Position numbers and translations under genes: made by a program. Below, piece by piece: positions 25,741 through 39,404 of a stretch of DNA of 64,000 bases (the first letter of the stretch is position 1; each line of letters begins with the position of its first letter). The notes under the pieces are model-generated. The model worked only from the letters and a program-made list of their open reading frames with translations. It had not been told where the DNA came from and made no database searches. Origin of the DNA: Eledone cirrhosa (Eukaryota); assembly GCA_964016885.1 (NCBI GenBank), contig OZ024742.1, positions 132,184,001-132,248,000 on the forward strand, read 5' to 3'.

Positions 25741-25778
<38 letters not shown>

Positions 25779-25852
25779 TGGTAGAACACTGGAAGGTAAT
25801 ATCCGTGTTGGTAGAGCACTCAGTCCATGGGACGAGGTGATTACACAACAGT

Positions 25853-25915
25853 AGAGGTGGTTACACAACGGTTAGCTCATACCGAGAACAATTGTTTCAC
25901 CTTAGCGGATCCTTC
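25853..25915 (-). mobile_element. Truncated copy of the 1931-2007 PLE terminus (HHR 3' part)
   Basis: gtggttacacaac.gttag.tca..taccgag.acaattgtttcacct.agc.gatc matches 1935-1995. Confidence 0.7.
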
Positions 25916-25935
25916 TATATATATATATAGAGAGA

Positions 25936-26615
25936 GATAATTTAATATATCTACCAACATAAGCGCACAGATGTACGCTAATGCCAGCAAATACACAGGT
26001 TATGTCATAGTACCTAGGTCGTTCAATGCAGGAGAATGCAGAACAGTAATATATAAGACGTAAAATAAGAAAATTTCATAAAAAAATTTTTAAAAAAAAA
26101 TTAACTTACTTAAATTTTCACTCCAACTAATTAGTTTCTGCAATGGAATAAAGACAGTTACGTAATGAACTGTTGAGAATTTCATTGCGTCACCAGGAAG
26201 GTCATTCTCAGCCGAGTCTCCAGGCGATGCGCGGACACTGGGGACTCATATAAAAATAATAATAATTCGGCAACTGGAACAGCTATCGAGGACTGGATTC
26301 CAGCCACTGAAAATTCTCACTGCCACTGATCATATGGCCGATTCTAAAGAATCAATCACGTGACACAGAGGCTAGTCAGTAGGAATGGGATGGTAAGATG
26401 ACAGACGCCTACTAACACCCCCCAAAAAAATTTAGAAGTGGTTTTGGCAGGTTTGCTCGACAAATCAGTGATTTGGAGATAAATATAGATAATTTAATAT
26501 ATCTACTAACATAAGCGCACAGATGTACGCTAATGCCAGCAAATACACAGGTTATGTCATAGTACCTAGGTGGTTCAATGCAGGAGAATGCAGAACAGTA
26601 ATATATAAGACGTAA
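25936..26615 (-). mobile_element. 552-bp-period unit with 128-bp terminal direct repeats and internal HHR (pLTR/retrozyme-like)
   Basis: 25936-26063 repeated at 26488-26615; HHR at 26121-26200. Confidence 0.6.
26121..26200 (-). ncRNA. Hammerhead with extended stem II and one core substitution
   Basis: cttc-CTGGTGA-C-GCAATG...CATTGC-A-GAAACTAATTAGTT-ggag; 10-nt palindrome ACTAATTAGT. Confidence 0.55.
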
Positions 26616-26619
26616 GTTC

Positions 26620-27470
26620 AGGAGGGAGGCTTCCGCAGTAAAGGCACAAGAGCAAATATCTACAGACGGGAGGAGAGATCACTTCCTTGGCGGACCAATC
26701 ACGTAATCTGAATCGCTTCCGAAATGTGGCTATTTAATTTGACCACCGAGCAGATGCCACTGTGCATTGCAGCTATCCAGCTTTTGAAGACGGAACCGAA
26801 GGTGACCCTATTGAAAGCTTTCAATTAATCTAAATTGATCGTAGACCCACGTAAGCCTGGTTTACTCCCTATCCTTTCCATAGTGTATCGCATGGGGTGG
26901 AGCTTATCATGTATGGACCTGGTCGATATTATGCAATTGTGTGCCTCTCCTACCAGACTCAGGACGACAAGCGCCAACCTCTTTGCTAACCCATTATCCA
27001 AAATCGTAAACTTAGTATTTAACAGAGTTATGGGATCGTAATTATTTAAAGTGTTGCTCTTATTCATCAAAAGCTTTACTATGCCCCGGCTTACAGATCT
27101 GGGAATTCTTCTGTTCTGCTTACAGGTGCAGCATACCGCTTCGAGCAGATTCGAGAATAAATATGGCCTTTTTACATAAGACTCGTAGGGCAGACCATCC
27201 AAACCAGTTGACTTGCATCTTGCGCAGCCGACCGTGGTATCTCTAATTTCTGCAGATGTTATCAGCCTTTTGCAGCATTCAGTATCGGCTGAAGGCCACC
27301 GAGGGAGGAAATGGAATCCGACATCGCATCTGACACCCCACTCCCACGGAACAGTCGAGAAAATTGCTGGTGATAGGTCGCACACAACTGATAGGAATCG
27401 CTCAACAGGCGTCCGTCTCGGCCCGTCTATATCTAGCCCATTGAACAGCTTTCGTTCCCTAGTTTCTTGG
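26620..27470 (-). mobile_element. L1/Tx1-clade LINE ORF2 fragment (RT N-terminal domains)
   Basis: KSTGLDGLPYESY...GIVKLL...NYDPITLLNTKFTIL...LAKRL...RSIHDKL...INLD*LKAFNRV. Confidence 0.8.
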
Positions 27471-27651
27471 AGCAGTAGTAGTATTAAGACGATGATGATG
27501 AATGTTGCTGCTTTAGGTCCTAAAACGATGATGGGGAGGATTTTCTTGCTCTTTACAATTTCAGCATCCATTGTTACTCCTGCCGTCCCCTTCATTGTGA
27601 TGATAAATATCTTCATCATTGACCAATAAGAATTAATTCAATATTACTAAG

Positions 27652-27669
27652 TTCTTCTTCTTCTTCTTC

Positions 27670-27755
<86 letters not shown>

Positions 27756-27810
27756 TTTCTCATCCTCATCATCCTCATCATCATCAGCATCATCATCATC
27801 ATCATTATTA
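27652..27810. repeat. (TTC)n/(CAT)n trinucleotide microsatellite
   Basis: Visible. Confidence 0.95.
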
Positions 27811-28071
27811 TCCACAGTGTTATTCTAGCATTGCAATATTCATAGTCATAGGGATGATGGTGATGATTCAAATGCTTTTAATAATGATGATTATGATTAT
27901 GTCGGTGATGTTGATGGTTAATGGAGTCCTGATGTTGATGACAATGATGGTGGTTGCGGTGATGATGCTTTTCGTGACGGTGGTGATGGTAGGAAACGCT
28001 TAGTACACAATTTAGAACTGGTAGATTGAAAATTGCAGTAGGAAATTGTATTCAAGGCATTAAAGTAAAAA

Positions 28072-28410
28072 CAGCATGGCTGAATAGTTATGAAGTTTGC
28101 TTCGCAATTAAATCCAGGGTTCGATTCCATTGAGGTGCATATTGGTCAAGTGTTATTTATCACGGTGCTGGGTCGAGCTCAGCTTTGTGATTGACACAGA
28201 GTAGTGGGAAACAATTTGGAGACTCGTCGGATCGATTACTTCTGCAATTTAAATGGTCGGCATTTTCACAGTTTGTGCCCGGCTGAATTCACAACAAACT
28301 ACGTTAATGCGTTTTTGTGGTATGCTCAGCCACTTACACACTAATCTTATCAGAACAACTGGAATTTTCATCATGACTACTGATGGAGATCCATTTATTT
28401 CTATTATTAT
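28072..28410 (+). mobile_element. tRNA-derived SINE (CORE-like body), diverged
   Basis: tggctgaatagtt (A box), gggttcgattcc (B box), ttggtcaagtgtt; (att)n tail. Confidence 0.5.
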
Positions 28411-28415
28411 TATTT

Positions 28416-28775
28416 GCTAAAATGTGGATGAATGTGGCGAGAATGGCTCGTGTGAATGGGCCTACGCTGACCATGCCCCGATAGGCTAACTAACTTGAGG
28501 AGAGGGTTGCTCTCCCTGGGTGCCGTAGAAGCGCAGGGTGGTTCAGGATTGGTGGGCTACCCTAGTCACCCCAGGGTCGTCCACCCCCTACAGGGGAATT
28601 TATTTTGTTATATTTATGCATAGTTTATTTTATATTTTTATATCTTTATTGTTAAATTAGTCTTGACATTGTGCACTTTTACTCCACCTTATTGTAAACC
28701 CTCACTGTCCCTGTCTTTGTATTGTCCCCTACATGTGGGCCCTTGTGGCTAATAAATGAAATCATTAGTATTATT
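28416..28775 (+). mobile_element. 3' end of a LINE (probably L1/Tx1): ORF tail, GC-rich UTR, aataaa
   Basis: KMWMNVARMARVNGPTL..*, then UTR and aataaatgaaatc-(att)n. Confidence 0.45.
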
Positions 28776-29110
28776 ATTAGAAAATAGTATTTACACGAAA
28801 TAGTATTAGAGGCTCCAACAGCAGCAACAGAAGAATATTAAGAAGGAGGAAGATAGAATAACAAGAGTGTGAATGTGAAGTGTGTGTGAGGGCGGAATAT
28901 AAGGAGATGAAGGCTAAGACGAAACGATAAGTGAGTGGCTGAGTTAATTGGCGCCTGTGAGGTAACTTAATTCTAAACTGAAGAGCTATCGGTTGTGCTT
29001 GGCATATAGCCATCTCATTTCCCATCTATCTGCCCTGCCTGTTGTCTGCTTCGTTTTCATTTTTCTTTCTTTCTTTCCTTCTCTGTCATATATCATATAT
29101 TACACACACG

Positions 29111-29148
<38 letters not shown>

Positions 29149-29170
29149 TATATAAATACATACATATATA

Positions 29171-29220
<50 letters not shown>

Positions 29221-29436
29221 TATATACAAACACACATATATATATGTACATACATATATATATATACATACACATATATATATATATATACATATATATT
29301 ATCCATGTATATACATATATATATATATACATACATGTATATATATATATATTTAGAGACTGAGAAAGGGAGATGTACAACATGTGTGGTTATTATCATC
29401 AACAACATCGTAAATAACTATCATCATCATCATCAA

Positions 29437-29468
<32 letters not shown>

Positions 29469-29611
29469 CCATAGTTTTCACCGTTTTCAGTGCTGTTGTC
29501 GTTGTCACGTCACCATCATCGTCTTGTCAAACATTTCTGTGGTTGACAAACAATGGAAGAGAGAGCAACACAAGACAAACGAGAAGAAAATGATATTCGT
29601 GATAATGATAA

Positions 29612-29804
29612 TAAATTGTTTCTACTTTTGGCATGAAGCCACAAATAACCAGTATATTACTGGTACTTTATTTTATCGACACCGTAATGATGAAAGGCAA
29701 AGTTAACCTCGGCGTGATTTGAACTCAGAATAATGGGTAGGGGCGTAAGTCTATGCATCAAAGCATAGTGTCCGACCCTCTACCGATACTGCCAATCCAC
29801 CGCC
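29612..29804 (-). mobile_element. Nin-domain SINE, subtype B
   Basis: 17-bp TSD cgtgataatgataataa at ~29598 and 29804. Confidence 0.9.
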
Positions 29805-29814
29805 GTGATAATGA

Positions 29815-30004
29815 TAATAATTGATTCTACTTTAGGCACAAGGCCAGCAAATACCCAGTGCATTACTGGTACTTTATTTTATCGACACCGTAATGACGAA
29901 AGGCAAAGTCAACCTCGGCGAGATTTGAACTCAGACCGTAAAGGGACGTAACTATGCTGGAAAGCATGGCGTCCGACCCTCCACCGATACCGCTAATCCA
30001 CCGC
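29815..30004 (-). mobile_element. Nin-domain SINE, subtype A
   Basis: Reverse complement of the family consensus, gctttccagcatagttacgtccc. Confidence 0.9.
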
Positions 30005-30312
30005 GATAATAATGATGACGATGTTGATTAAAAGGTCTATCTATCTATCTTTCTATAAATAAAGAAAGACATATATCTTTCTATATATCTATCTATTCAT
30101 CTATCTATCTAACTTTCTATTTATTTATCTTATTATCTATTCATCTATTTGTCTCTCTATCTGATCCCCTCTCTGTATCTACCATTACGTTTGGACACCA
30201 ACTTATCATATGGTTGGGGGTGCCTATCTCTCTCTCTCCCACTCTCTCTCTCTCTTTCTCACTTTCTCTCTCTGTTTTTCTCTGTCTGTCTTTCTTTATA
30301 TATCTCCCCGCC

Positions 30313-30371
<59 letters not shown>

Positions 30372-31053
30372 ATTTCCTGTAGATTTATATGCAGTTTCCT
30401 CTTTAAATTATAATTTTCGTCTGTTGTTGATGATACTGTTGTTTTTGTTGTTGTTGGTGGTGCTGGTTGTTGCAGTGTTGTTGTAGGTGGTGGTGATTTT
30501 AGTAGATAGTGTTCGTTTCGGTGGCATTGTCGGCGGGGTGTTGATAAGGTGACATCGTCAATAGATTTTAAGACTCTAGTTGTGAGTGTCACGCCACAGG
30601 CAATTTGTCCTGTATTCAGGAATAGCGTTGAAGTGTAGAGGTGACAGATGACAAAATCACGAAAAGAAAAAAGGATAAAGAAATAATGAATAGTATATAA
30701 ATAAATTGAAAAGATAAAGAAAAAATAACAACAAAATATATACCAGGAATACAAAGTGTATCAGAAGAAAGCAAGCTATGAAAACAAAAGGTAAATAACA
30801 ATAATACTATCGAAGACAAAGTACACAGAAAACCGAAATGACAATGCAAGAAATAAAAGAAAAATCCTGACAAGTATTCCAAAATGAAATTTCTATTTAT
30901 AAAATGACTAGACATTTTTTATTACAGAAAAATATAGAACGTAAATGAAATAAGACTTGGGTGTAATATAAATCACACGCCAAAGAGGAATATAGTGGGC
31001 GCATCCATCTATCTATCTGTCTATCTACATACCTATTTATCTCTCTCTCTCCT

Positions 31054-31117
<64 letters not shown>

Positions 31118-31829
31118 AGTACAAAAGCAACCATACGATTTACAGAGCTCACAGATAACTTTACATTTGATTTTGTGAGTAGCCTACACGCTGAAAGTGA
31201 CTATAACAAACGTCGATCACAATAAATATCGTAATAGTTGAGAAAATCAGGTAACTTGACACTTGCAAGAGAAACAAAGTGGAGAGAAAGATTGTTATCT
31301 AATTTGTTTTACGGATGGACACCGTTTGATATGAACGCCTGCTGTTTTATTCTAACCTTTTTTCACAGTTATTTTCGTTCAGCAACCTTAGAAATAATGT
31401 TTGTTTTAAAATCTTCTCGATCTCTATTTTTACATAGTTGGGATACACTTACCGCTACTTTTTTCTTAAAATAAGTCTTAAAATTCTACCATGCGTCCTG
31501 GGGGCTGAAGGTTATTTATTATTTTTTTCAAATATCTGGTTGTCAAAATTAGAGTGCGTCCTTCAGGACGAAGCTTCTTCGGCCTCGGGAAATACGGTAT
31601 ATACTTTTGATTTCAGGTATCTCTTGTTAAATATAGGGTGTCGAATGAACAACTTAATGAGAACGTTGGATGAAAAGCCTTGCAGTATTCGTTTCGGCTC
31701 TCTGCTCTCTCACAACACATCATGTCATAGTCAACTTACCTTCATTCGAGGTCGAATAAAAAAGTACCAGTCAAGTACTGGAGTCTATTGTGCCTCTATA
31801 ACTTTTTCTTACTTCCTTTCTCTCACTCT

Positions 31830-34800
31830 CTGACCTTCTCGGGAAGAAATCGGTTGTATTCAGACCTGGAGGAGAGATGGACTCCGCTGGGTTAAACCTG
31901 CGTATGAAGTACAGTATATCAACATGGCGCCCCTCTGGCTCCATCAGAAAATACGAGAACATGCATGCACTCAATACATAAATCTGAATACATACCCTAT
32001 ATTGCATCTTCATCTCATTTCCAAAAAGTGGCGATGAGCATGCGAACTCTCCCGCGAGCGTTGGATGGACGCACACAGATTGTTGATACCGAGTCATCGA
32101 AGATGGTTAGAAAGGGAGCAAACCTTGAAAACTGGAACCTGGAAGGTCACAACCCTTACAGATAAGAGCAGGAAATAGTGGAGGAGGTTAGATGCTACCG
32201 GTTAGATATACACGGGGTTTCCTCCACAATGTTTCGTGGTACTGATACTGAAGATTTGGATTGTGTTTGGAAACTCAACTAATCAGGTGCGGCGCTAAAA
32301 ATGAGTGCGAAGGCTGAAATGGGCATACCCATGAACCTCCGGCTTGTCAGAATGTGATATCGACTGGATCCCATTACGAAGGAAGATTTGCCTCTTAAGG
32401 CTTAGGCTGAAAGATAGGTCTCTGTGTGTGGTACAAGTCTATGCAGCAAACAAGGAATAGATATAGTTAAGACGGAGCCATATATCCTAATGGCAGAGTT
32501 CAATGCACATGTGAACACCGACCACCTGGCATGGAAACGAATGATTGGAGGGAATGGTGACCCCGATCTAAATATGAATGGAGAATCCTTATTAGACATC
32601 TGTTTTAGTAATGGGCTCTATATTACGACACCTTCTTCCGGCACATCCATAACTATACATAGTATAAGAGGAATCAGGGATATAAATCAGTATTTGATTT
32701 TATTATTGTGACTGATCTCTTCGATCCTGTGGTGGACATTCTTGTTAAGAGCTGTCAACTGATCAACATCTAGTTATCTGCAACTTGAGATTACCTAAAG
32801 CCAAAGCCCACAAAACTGGAAGGTTCATGGTGACATACAAGATAAAGTGGGAAGCGTTGGTGGATAAGGAAGTCAGAACCAGATATACAATATATTATTG
32901 CATCCAATTTCAGAGAACTTCCCGAACAAAGTGAGGACGTTGAGACATAGTGGTCATTATTCCACTCATCAGCTTTTGCTTAAACTGTTACATGCGGAGG
33001 GAGAAAGAGGTTTTTTGTGAGGCCGATTGGTATGAAGATCGCTTGGTTCAATCAAGAGGTTAAATATGCAATCAGAGCAAAGAAGGAAACGTTTAAATCT
33101 TGGCTTATGAATAAATCATCCTTCTTGCACTTGCTATACATGTAGGCACGAAAAATCACTGCAGAGACAGTAAAGTCATCCAAATTGAAGAGAATGGAGG
33201 AATTTGAGGTTAATACACAATCCGACTTCAGATCAGCAAATAAAATATCCTGCCAGACCATACACATACTTCATAATAAGAAGTCCGCCTCCACACATGC
33301 GATCAGGAATGCGTCTTGGTTCTCTTCTTTTCAGAGATATACATCTTCACGAGGTGGAGAGAATACCATGATGTTCTAAACCGTACATTCTCTGAGGTAC
33401 ACGAGCTGCATCTAGGAGCGGTGACAAATCTATCGGAGGCTAAGATCATAAAAGCAGTTAAAGAGCTCAAATGGGTAAAGGACCCAAGGAAATATGAAAT
33501 CCGGCTCAAGATTTTAAAAGCCTTCAATAGAGAAGATATTCTCTGCCTTATTCGTGTGTTGAGAGTGCTCTGGAAAGGCACCAAAGCACTGGCAGTCGGG
33601 ACTGAAAATCCAAATATTTCAAAAGGGAGACAAGAGAGATTGTTCTAATTAAATACTGATCTCCATTTTAAGCATCCCCAGCAAAATATATTCTAAGTGT
33701 CTAGCAAAGAAATGTAGTTAGATTGTTTAATATAAGCCAGCCGAAGAGCAGTGCGTTTTTCACCCGGGGCGCAGCAGAGCCAACCAAATGTTCAACATGC
33801 GGCAGTTCCTCAAGAAATCGTCGGAGCATTGCCAAGGGGTACATTCTTGTTTTGTTGAACTGGAGGAAGCATATGACTGCGTTCATCGGGATCTGCTTTA
33901 GAAGTTTTTTTCAGGTATATGGGTCAATGATCAGCTTCATGTTGCCCTGATGTTTCTATACGAATGCCCGATTATTTGTGTTCTGATAAATGGTACTAAA
34001 TTGAAACCATTCAATGTGGTAGTTGGACTCCGCCAAGGGTGCGTAGTGACATCTCTCCTGTTCATTACTTTCATGAACAGGATTAACATGCAAAGCCCTT
34101 TAGTAAGTGGTGTCGTGAGAGGCGGGTGTAAAATCAGTCAGCTAGAATTTCCAGACGACATGGTGTTACTTAACTCAACAGAAGCTGATCTCCGACAAGC
34201 ACTTGATCGGTTTGATGCAGAGTGCTGTGTGGCTGAAATGAAAATCCGATTTGTGAACTGAAAGAAGCCTGATAAGTGCACTTTATATGTGAATGGAATT
34301 CCACTGAAGGAGCTGGTGAGGTCCAATCATCTCGGGGAAGAGTTTACGAGTGATGGAAGGCAGGAGACAGAATTAAGTGCAAGAAATGCAGGATCTGGTG
34401 CAGTAATGAGCCAACTCTACCATTCAGTAATCTGAAGTGAGGTAGGGGTAAAAGCCAAACTGGCTATATTCAATTCAGTGTTCGTGCCAAACCTCACCTA
34501 TTGTAATCAATCCAGGGTAATAACTAAAAGAATACGATCGCGAATACAAGGAACCGAAATTGGGACTTCCGAAGGGTATTTGGAGTAATATCATTCGATA
34601 GAGTACGTAACTCGGAGCTCAGAATGTCACTCCATGCATAGCCGCTACTTCTCCGAAATCAGAGATACAGCTCCGATACTATGGCCTTCATAATCGGATT
34701 TAACCCTCTTAAATGCTGAAGGAAATAACTGGATGAGATGAACTAAGATATATCAATAAAGGGCGAAATTGCCACGCTTGGATCTTCATCCTCATTGTTC

Positions 34801-34840
34801 TGAAAGATCACGCTTGACCTATCGTTAAACAATATAAGTA
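31830..34840 (+). mobile_element. Near full-length decayed RTE-clade LINE (5' UTR, APE endonuclease, RT)
   Basis: TWN and IL(M)AEFNAHV...LNMNGESLLDIC..NGL (APE); IFQKGDKRDCSN, GLRQGCVVTSLLFITFMNRI, LEFPDDMVLL (RT); many stops and frameshifts. Confidence 0.85.
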
Positions 34841-35566
34841 ATTTGTCAATGCCTGTACACAAACGGTTAAAATGTGGTTAAATGTGGTTAAAATGTGGTT
34901 AACATGGGGTTAAATATATGACGAGTATTGCTGAGACAGCAGCTGAGAATCACAATTCAGAGTACTGTTTGAAAATGTCGAATGATATTTAGTTATAGCT
35001 CATTATGCTTTCAATTCATATTTCGCCAATGTTTAAATACCTTCTTATCTCTCACGTAACTCTTCTTTATGAATAAAAGTTCACCACTATGTAAATATTA
35101 AATTAAGTTACTTCATCCATGAACTTGAAGACATTTTTCCATCATATATTATTGAAATGTTTGCTTTTTATTTATGAATATTCGTCTATAAGCATTCTTC
35201 AATTTGAAAGCAATCAAGTTTGCGAATTAAATTTATGTACAGACATCTATGTATACAATTATAATAGAACATCAACTTCTCTTACTCGTACATACCATTT
35301 GCATGCCTCCTTACTTTATTTACCATAACTTCATCCATCAAATAGACAGAGACTCGTGATTTATCATTGACAGATTGTTTAGATTATGCTTCTTCTTTAA
35401 GCCAATCTCTTCTTCAATTCCCCGCCTACGAAGATATACTATCGAAATCAACCTAAATGAAAATGGTATACAAATACATTCATATATATATATATATATA
35501 TATATATGGATATATATGTATGTATATATATTCATGTATATATATATATACATATATACATGTGTG

Positions 35567-35598
<32 letters not shown>

Positions 35599-36020
35599 AC
35601 TCACTCTCTCTGTGTGTAGCGTCTATTCTACAGATTCAGAAAAATCTGACAGGAACGCCTTTGGCCAGTCTTTCTGGAAACTCACAGAATAGAGTTATGA
35701 AAGGAATACCAGCAGTTTCAATGTATTTATGTATCCGCTGGGCAAATACTTTGCCAGTTTGTTAATAGCACTCCATCAATGTATTACTGGTTGTCGGTTT
35801 CAAATCAACAGATACTGGAAATGTCTTTAGAAGTAATATATAAATATATGAGATGATAACACATTCATTCACACATAGCTAGACCGACTACGTATATTTA
35901 AAATAAATTGTACAGACACTCAGTTACGTGTGTCTGCATTAACACACACACACACACATACATATATATACACACACACGCGCACACATACACGCGCACA
36001 CACACGTACAACCCTACGTG

Positions 36021-36064
<44 letters not shown>

Positions 36065-36419
36065 AGTTCGAGGTTCAATCGGGATTAACCACAGTAAGTA
36101 AGGTATTCAATACACTAGTAGAGTGTAATCCTTATTTTAATAAAGAAATGACTTCTACAGGACTAGAACTATTCCATTTAAAATAAGTCATCAGAAGAGC
36201 CGACTTTCTTTGTAATATTGGTAGCCCTAGATTAATGAAAATAATAATCTCGATGATGATGATAAACCAATGTGTGAGATATTGCAGAAACAATGCTACT
36301 TTTATTTCACAAATCCTGATCTTGAGAGTATCAGTGATGTTAACCCACAACATGCCATATTTGACATAACTTTGGGCACCACTGATATCTTAGGAGCAAT
36401 AAAATAAAGTAGATAAACC

Positions 36420-36990
36420 TGAGCAGTAGACTTCGGTAGGTTCCATGCTAGTGTCCTGTGGGAATGTCGTCATAAACTTGCTTTCCCTTTAGCTATTCTT
36501 GGAATGAAAACACTGGACGCAGGCTATATCAGAGAATATTTTGTATCCGAATCTATAGTCAAACATTTCAAAAAGAGAAAGATGTCCCTTGCTGTGAATT
36601 ACCGTCTGATCTGACTCCCTTCTCATATCATTAATATATTTGAGTGGGTGATGAGATCACAAATAATAATCTGCTGACCTCCAACCGGCATAGGATCTGG
36701 GAAACGTAGGGATTATTTAATGTAACTTCTGCATCAACTTGATGACTACCTAAAGACTTTGGGAGAGGGTTCCAACAATGATGTTATATAACTTGATTTC
36801 AGTTTGGTTTTCGAATCGAAGAAACTATCAATCAGAGGAGTCAGTGGAAGTCTACAACAGTTGATTAAGTGTTTCCTGGTGACCAGAGCGCAGCATTTTG
36901 TTATCGACGGAATACGATGAAGCTCAGCCTATGTCAGTAGTGCTTTCCACAAGGCACTTTTGGGACTCAATTCCAGCCATTATATCTCCT
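36420..36990 (+). mobile_element. CR1/L2-type LINE RT fragment, heavily decayed
   Basis: HFKKRK..LAVNYRLI.L, DVI*LDFS, GVSGSLQQLIKCFLVTRAQHFVIDG, SAFPQG-like. Confidence 0.65.
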
Positions 36991-37224
36991 TAGAATCATG
37001 CTAAATGTGTTTATTCTTATCTTACAATTAAATAAGTTTCAGATAAAGTGATACGGCTCATATACTCGAGGTAACAGTACAATATGTATAACTGAAATGT
37101 CATACCGATTAACATTATTAGTTAGACCGACCTGACAGCATTTAGTTTAGTTGATATTCTCTCTTTCATTCACTGCTTCCGTTTCTCTCGCTCTCACTGT
37201 TACATGCAAATGGAAGCCCACTCT

Positions 37225-37548
37225 CAGGTCACCCGGTGGTCCCGGCGGACAGAATTGAGACAGCGTTTCTCCGGAGGATGGTGAAGGAGACGCGTTGGAA
37301 AATCCATTCCAACCCATAAGGCTTACACCTGCAGGTAGAAAATTTTGTGCTGATGGTGGTTAGTAGGGAGGGGGTCCTCGGGCCAAAGACACCATTTGTT
37401 TCCACTGCTACGAGCTCATCGACGAATCTGTCGGAGAACGATCGATATTTGGAGAGTTTACTCTCCTCGGCCCGAAGTGCAGCAGAACCTGGATTAATCG
37501 CAGATTGGACCAGGTTGTCGCTGATGACAGTTTCGCTGCATGTCAACA
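37225..37548 (-). mobile_element. CRE-clade non-LTR element, C-terminal restriction-like endonuclease fragment
   Basis: TCSET...PGSAALRAEESKLSKY...VAVETNGVFGP...FQRVSFTILRRNAVSIL. Confidence 0.75.
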
Positions 37549-38062
37549 TATAATAGAATTAAAAAGAGAAATCCGTTAATCTGTTAAACATAATATATCA
37601 AAAGGCTTCAAATTCTTTTTGTATAGCATTACTCAATTGAAATTTTAAGTAAATCATGAATATATCAAGAAATATTAGTCTTTTGATATTAGTCATATGT
37701 AAACAAAGGCGAAACTATTGCTATTTTGGCTTAACATGAAATCGGAAACTTCAATATTAATTTCATTTTCACCAAATCAAATAAATGTTATTTTTCAATT
37801 AACATTCATTTTCATGTGAAATTAAGCTATTAATTTTATATAGATATGAAGCTAAATTTTTCGCAGTTTAGCACATTTTTGCAATCAATCGTATTATGCA
37901 ATTAATCGATTAGCAATTGAGCAGAATAGATTTCATATGCATGTATGAATACTTTACACATTCACACACATACACAAGCAGGATGTGGTCAAAACACACA
38001 CACACATAAATACACATATATAGCAGCATATATAACACCAGCTCAGAGCAGGAAAGTTATGG

Positions 38063-38842
38063 CAAAAAAGATATCGTATGCTGAATTTGCTGACGACATA
38101 GTTTTGGTGACAAATACAGTGAGGGGGGCAGAGGATTTGATGCAGGATGTTTCGACTGTGTCGATGAGTGTGGGGCTGAGAATGAATGAGACTAAGACAA
38201 AATGTCTGGTAGAGAATGTTGAGAAGCCAGAAGGGATTACTAATGTAGGCTGGAAGCTGCTGGAATTAGTTGAGGACTTCATGTATTTCGGAGCAAAGAT
38301 TGGGAACACGGAAGATAATGTGGTTGAGAGGAAGAGCAAAGCCTGGACGGCGTGTCACAGTTTGAGATCGGTGTGGAAGTCGGACCTTCGTGAGGACCTG
38401 AAGATCCGCCTCTTCATTGCTGTAGTGCAGTCCGTGCTGCTGTACGTTCTGAGACTTGGCCATTGACCAAGAAACACACCAGATGGTGGATGGGTGCTGC
38501 ACGAGAATGCTGAGGAAGGCTCTGAACATTATTCAGTATACACTGAGGATGAACAACTCAGAGCTGTATGGGTGCCTCCCAAAAGTCAGCTCAAAAGTGA
38601 CACAGAATAGACTGAGGTTAGCTGGACATGCTAATCGACATCCAGAGTTGACACTGCCCCCAGTGATCCCGTGGGAGCCCTTGCATAGACATACTGGAAG
38701 AGAAAGACCAAGGTTAATGTATGTTGATGCCCTAAGGACAGACGCTGGTCTGTTGGAGACGCAGGACATGGCAGCGATAATGAGGGACAGCGACCGCTGG
38801 AGAGAACTCGTCCATGGATCTCGGGAATTTTACCCAACCTAG
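38063..38842 (+). mobile_element. RTE/RTEX-type LINE 3' fragment (RT C-terminal half)
   Basis: AEFADDIVL...GLRMNETKTK...VEDFMYFGAKI...LKIRLFIAVVQSVLLY / LRLAGHANRH...WEP..GRERPR..YVD...DSDRWR. Confidence 0.88.
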
Positions 38843-39007
38843 ATATTTAGATACAGACATATATAAATACATATATATAAATATATATATATATACGTGC
38901 CTGGGCGCGCGCGTGTATGTGTGTGTCTATACATGTGTGTATCTATGTGATATTTTGAGCAAACGAAGGCGCTGATATTTATCTCTTCGTTAAGATTTTT
39001 AAAAAGA

Positions 39008-39150
39008 AGCGGTGAAATGGAAGAAATATTAGAATTTTGGATAGAATGGTTTGCGTTAATTATTCTGGCTCTGTGTGTTCAAATTCTTCTTAGGTCAATG
39101 TCATCCTTTCGCGGTCGATAAAAAAGGACCAGTATAATTCTGGTGTTGAT
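39008..39150 (+). mobile_element. Old diverged Nin-domain SINE
   Basis: gcggtgaaatgg...gttcaaatt...tcatcctttcgcggtcgataaaaaaggaccagt. Confidence 0.6.
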
Positions 39151-39404
39151 TCTTTCTCTATATCATGTTTTTCCCTCCCTATTTTTTCTGGAAAATGTCT
39201 GCTGTCTTCATACCTAGAAAGAAGATCGACTCCAGCAGATTTCAAATATCCAAGAAACGCCATCCTTCAATATGGTACCACCAGGAGATACAAACCCTTA
39301 CAAGTTTTTTTTAGTAATATATTCGTATAACTTTGTCGAGATTAGCACAGTGCATTTAGTTAATCTTTTCATCAATGTTTTTCGGATCCTCACTGTTTAA
39401 TTGT

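Noticed and set aside
27633-27815. Poly-Asp/Met/Lys ORF
   Set aside because: (CAT)n/(TTC)n microsatellite.
36125-36200. CTGATGA followed by a 10-bp stem (CTTATTTTAA/TTAAAATAAG) on the minus strand
   Set aside because: Followed by GATT rather than GAAA, and no stem I.
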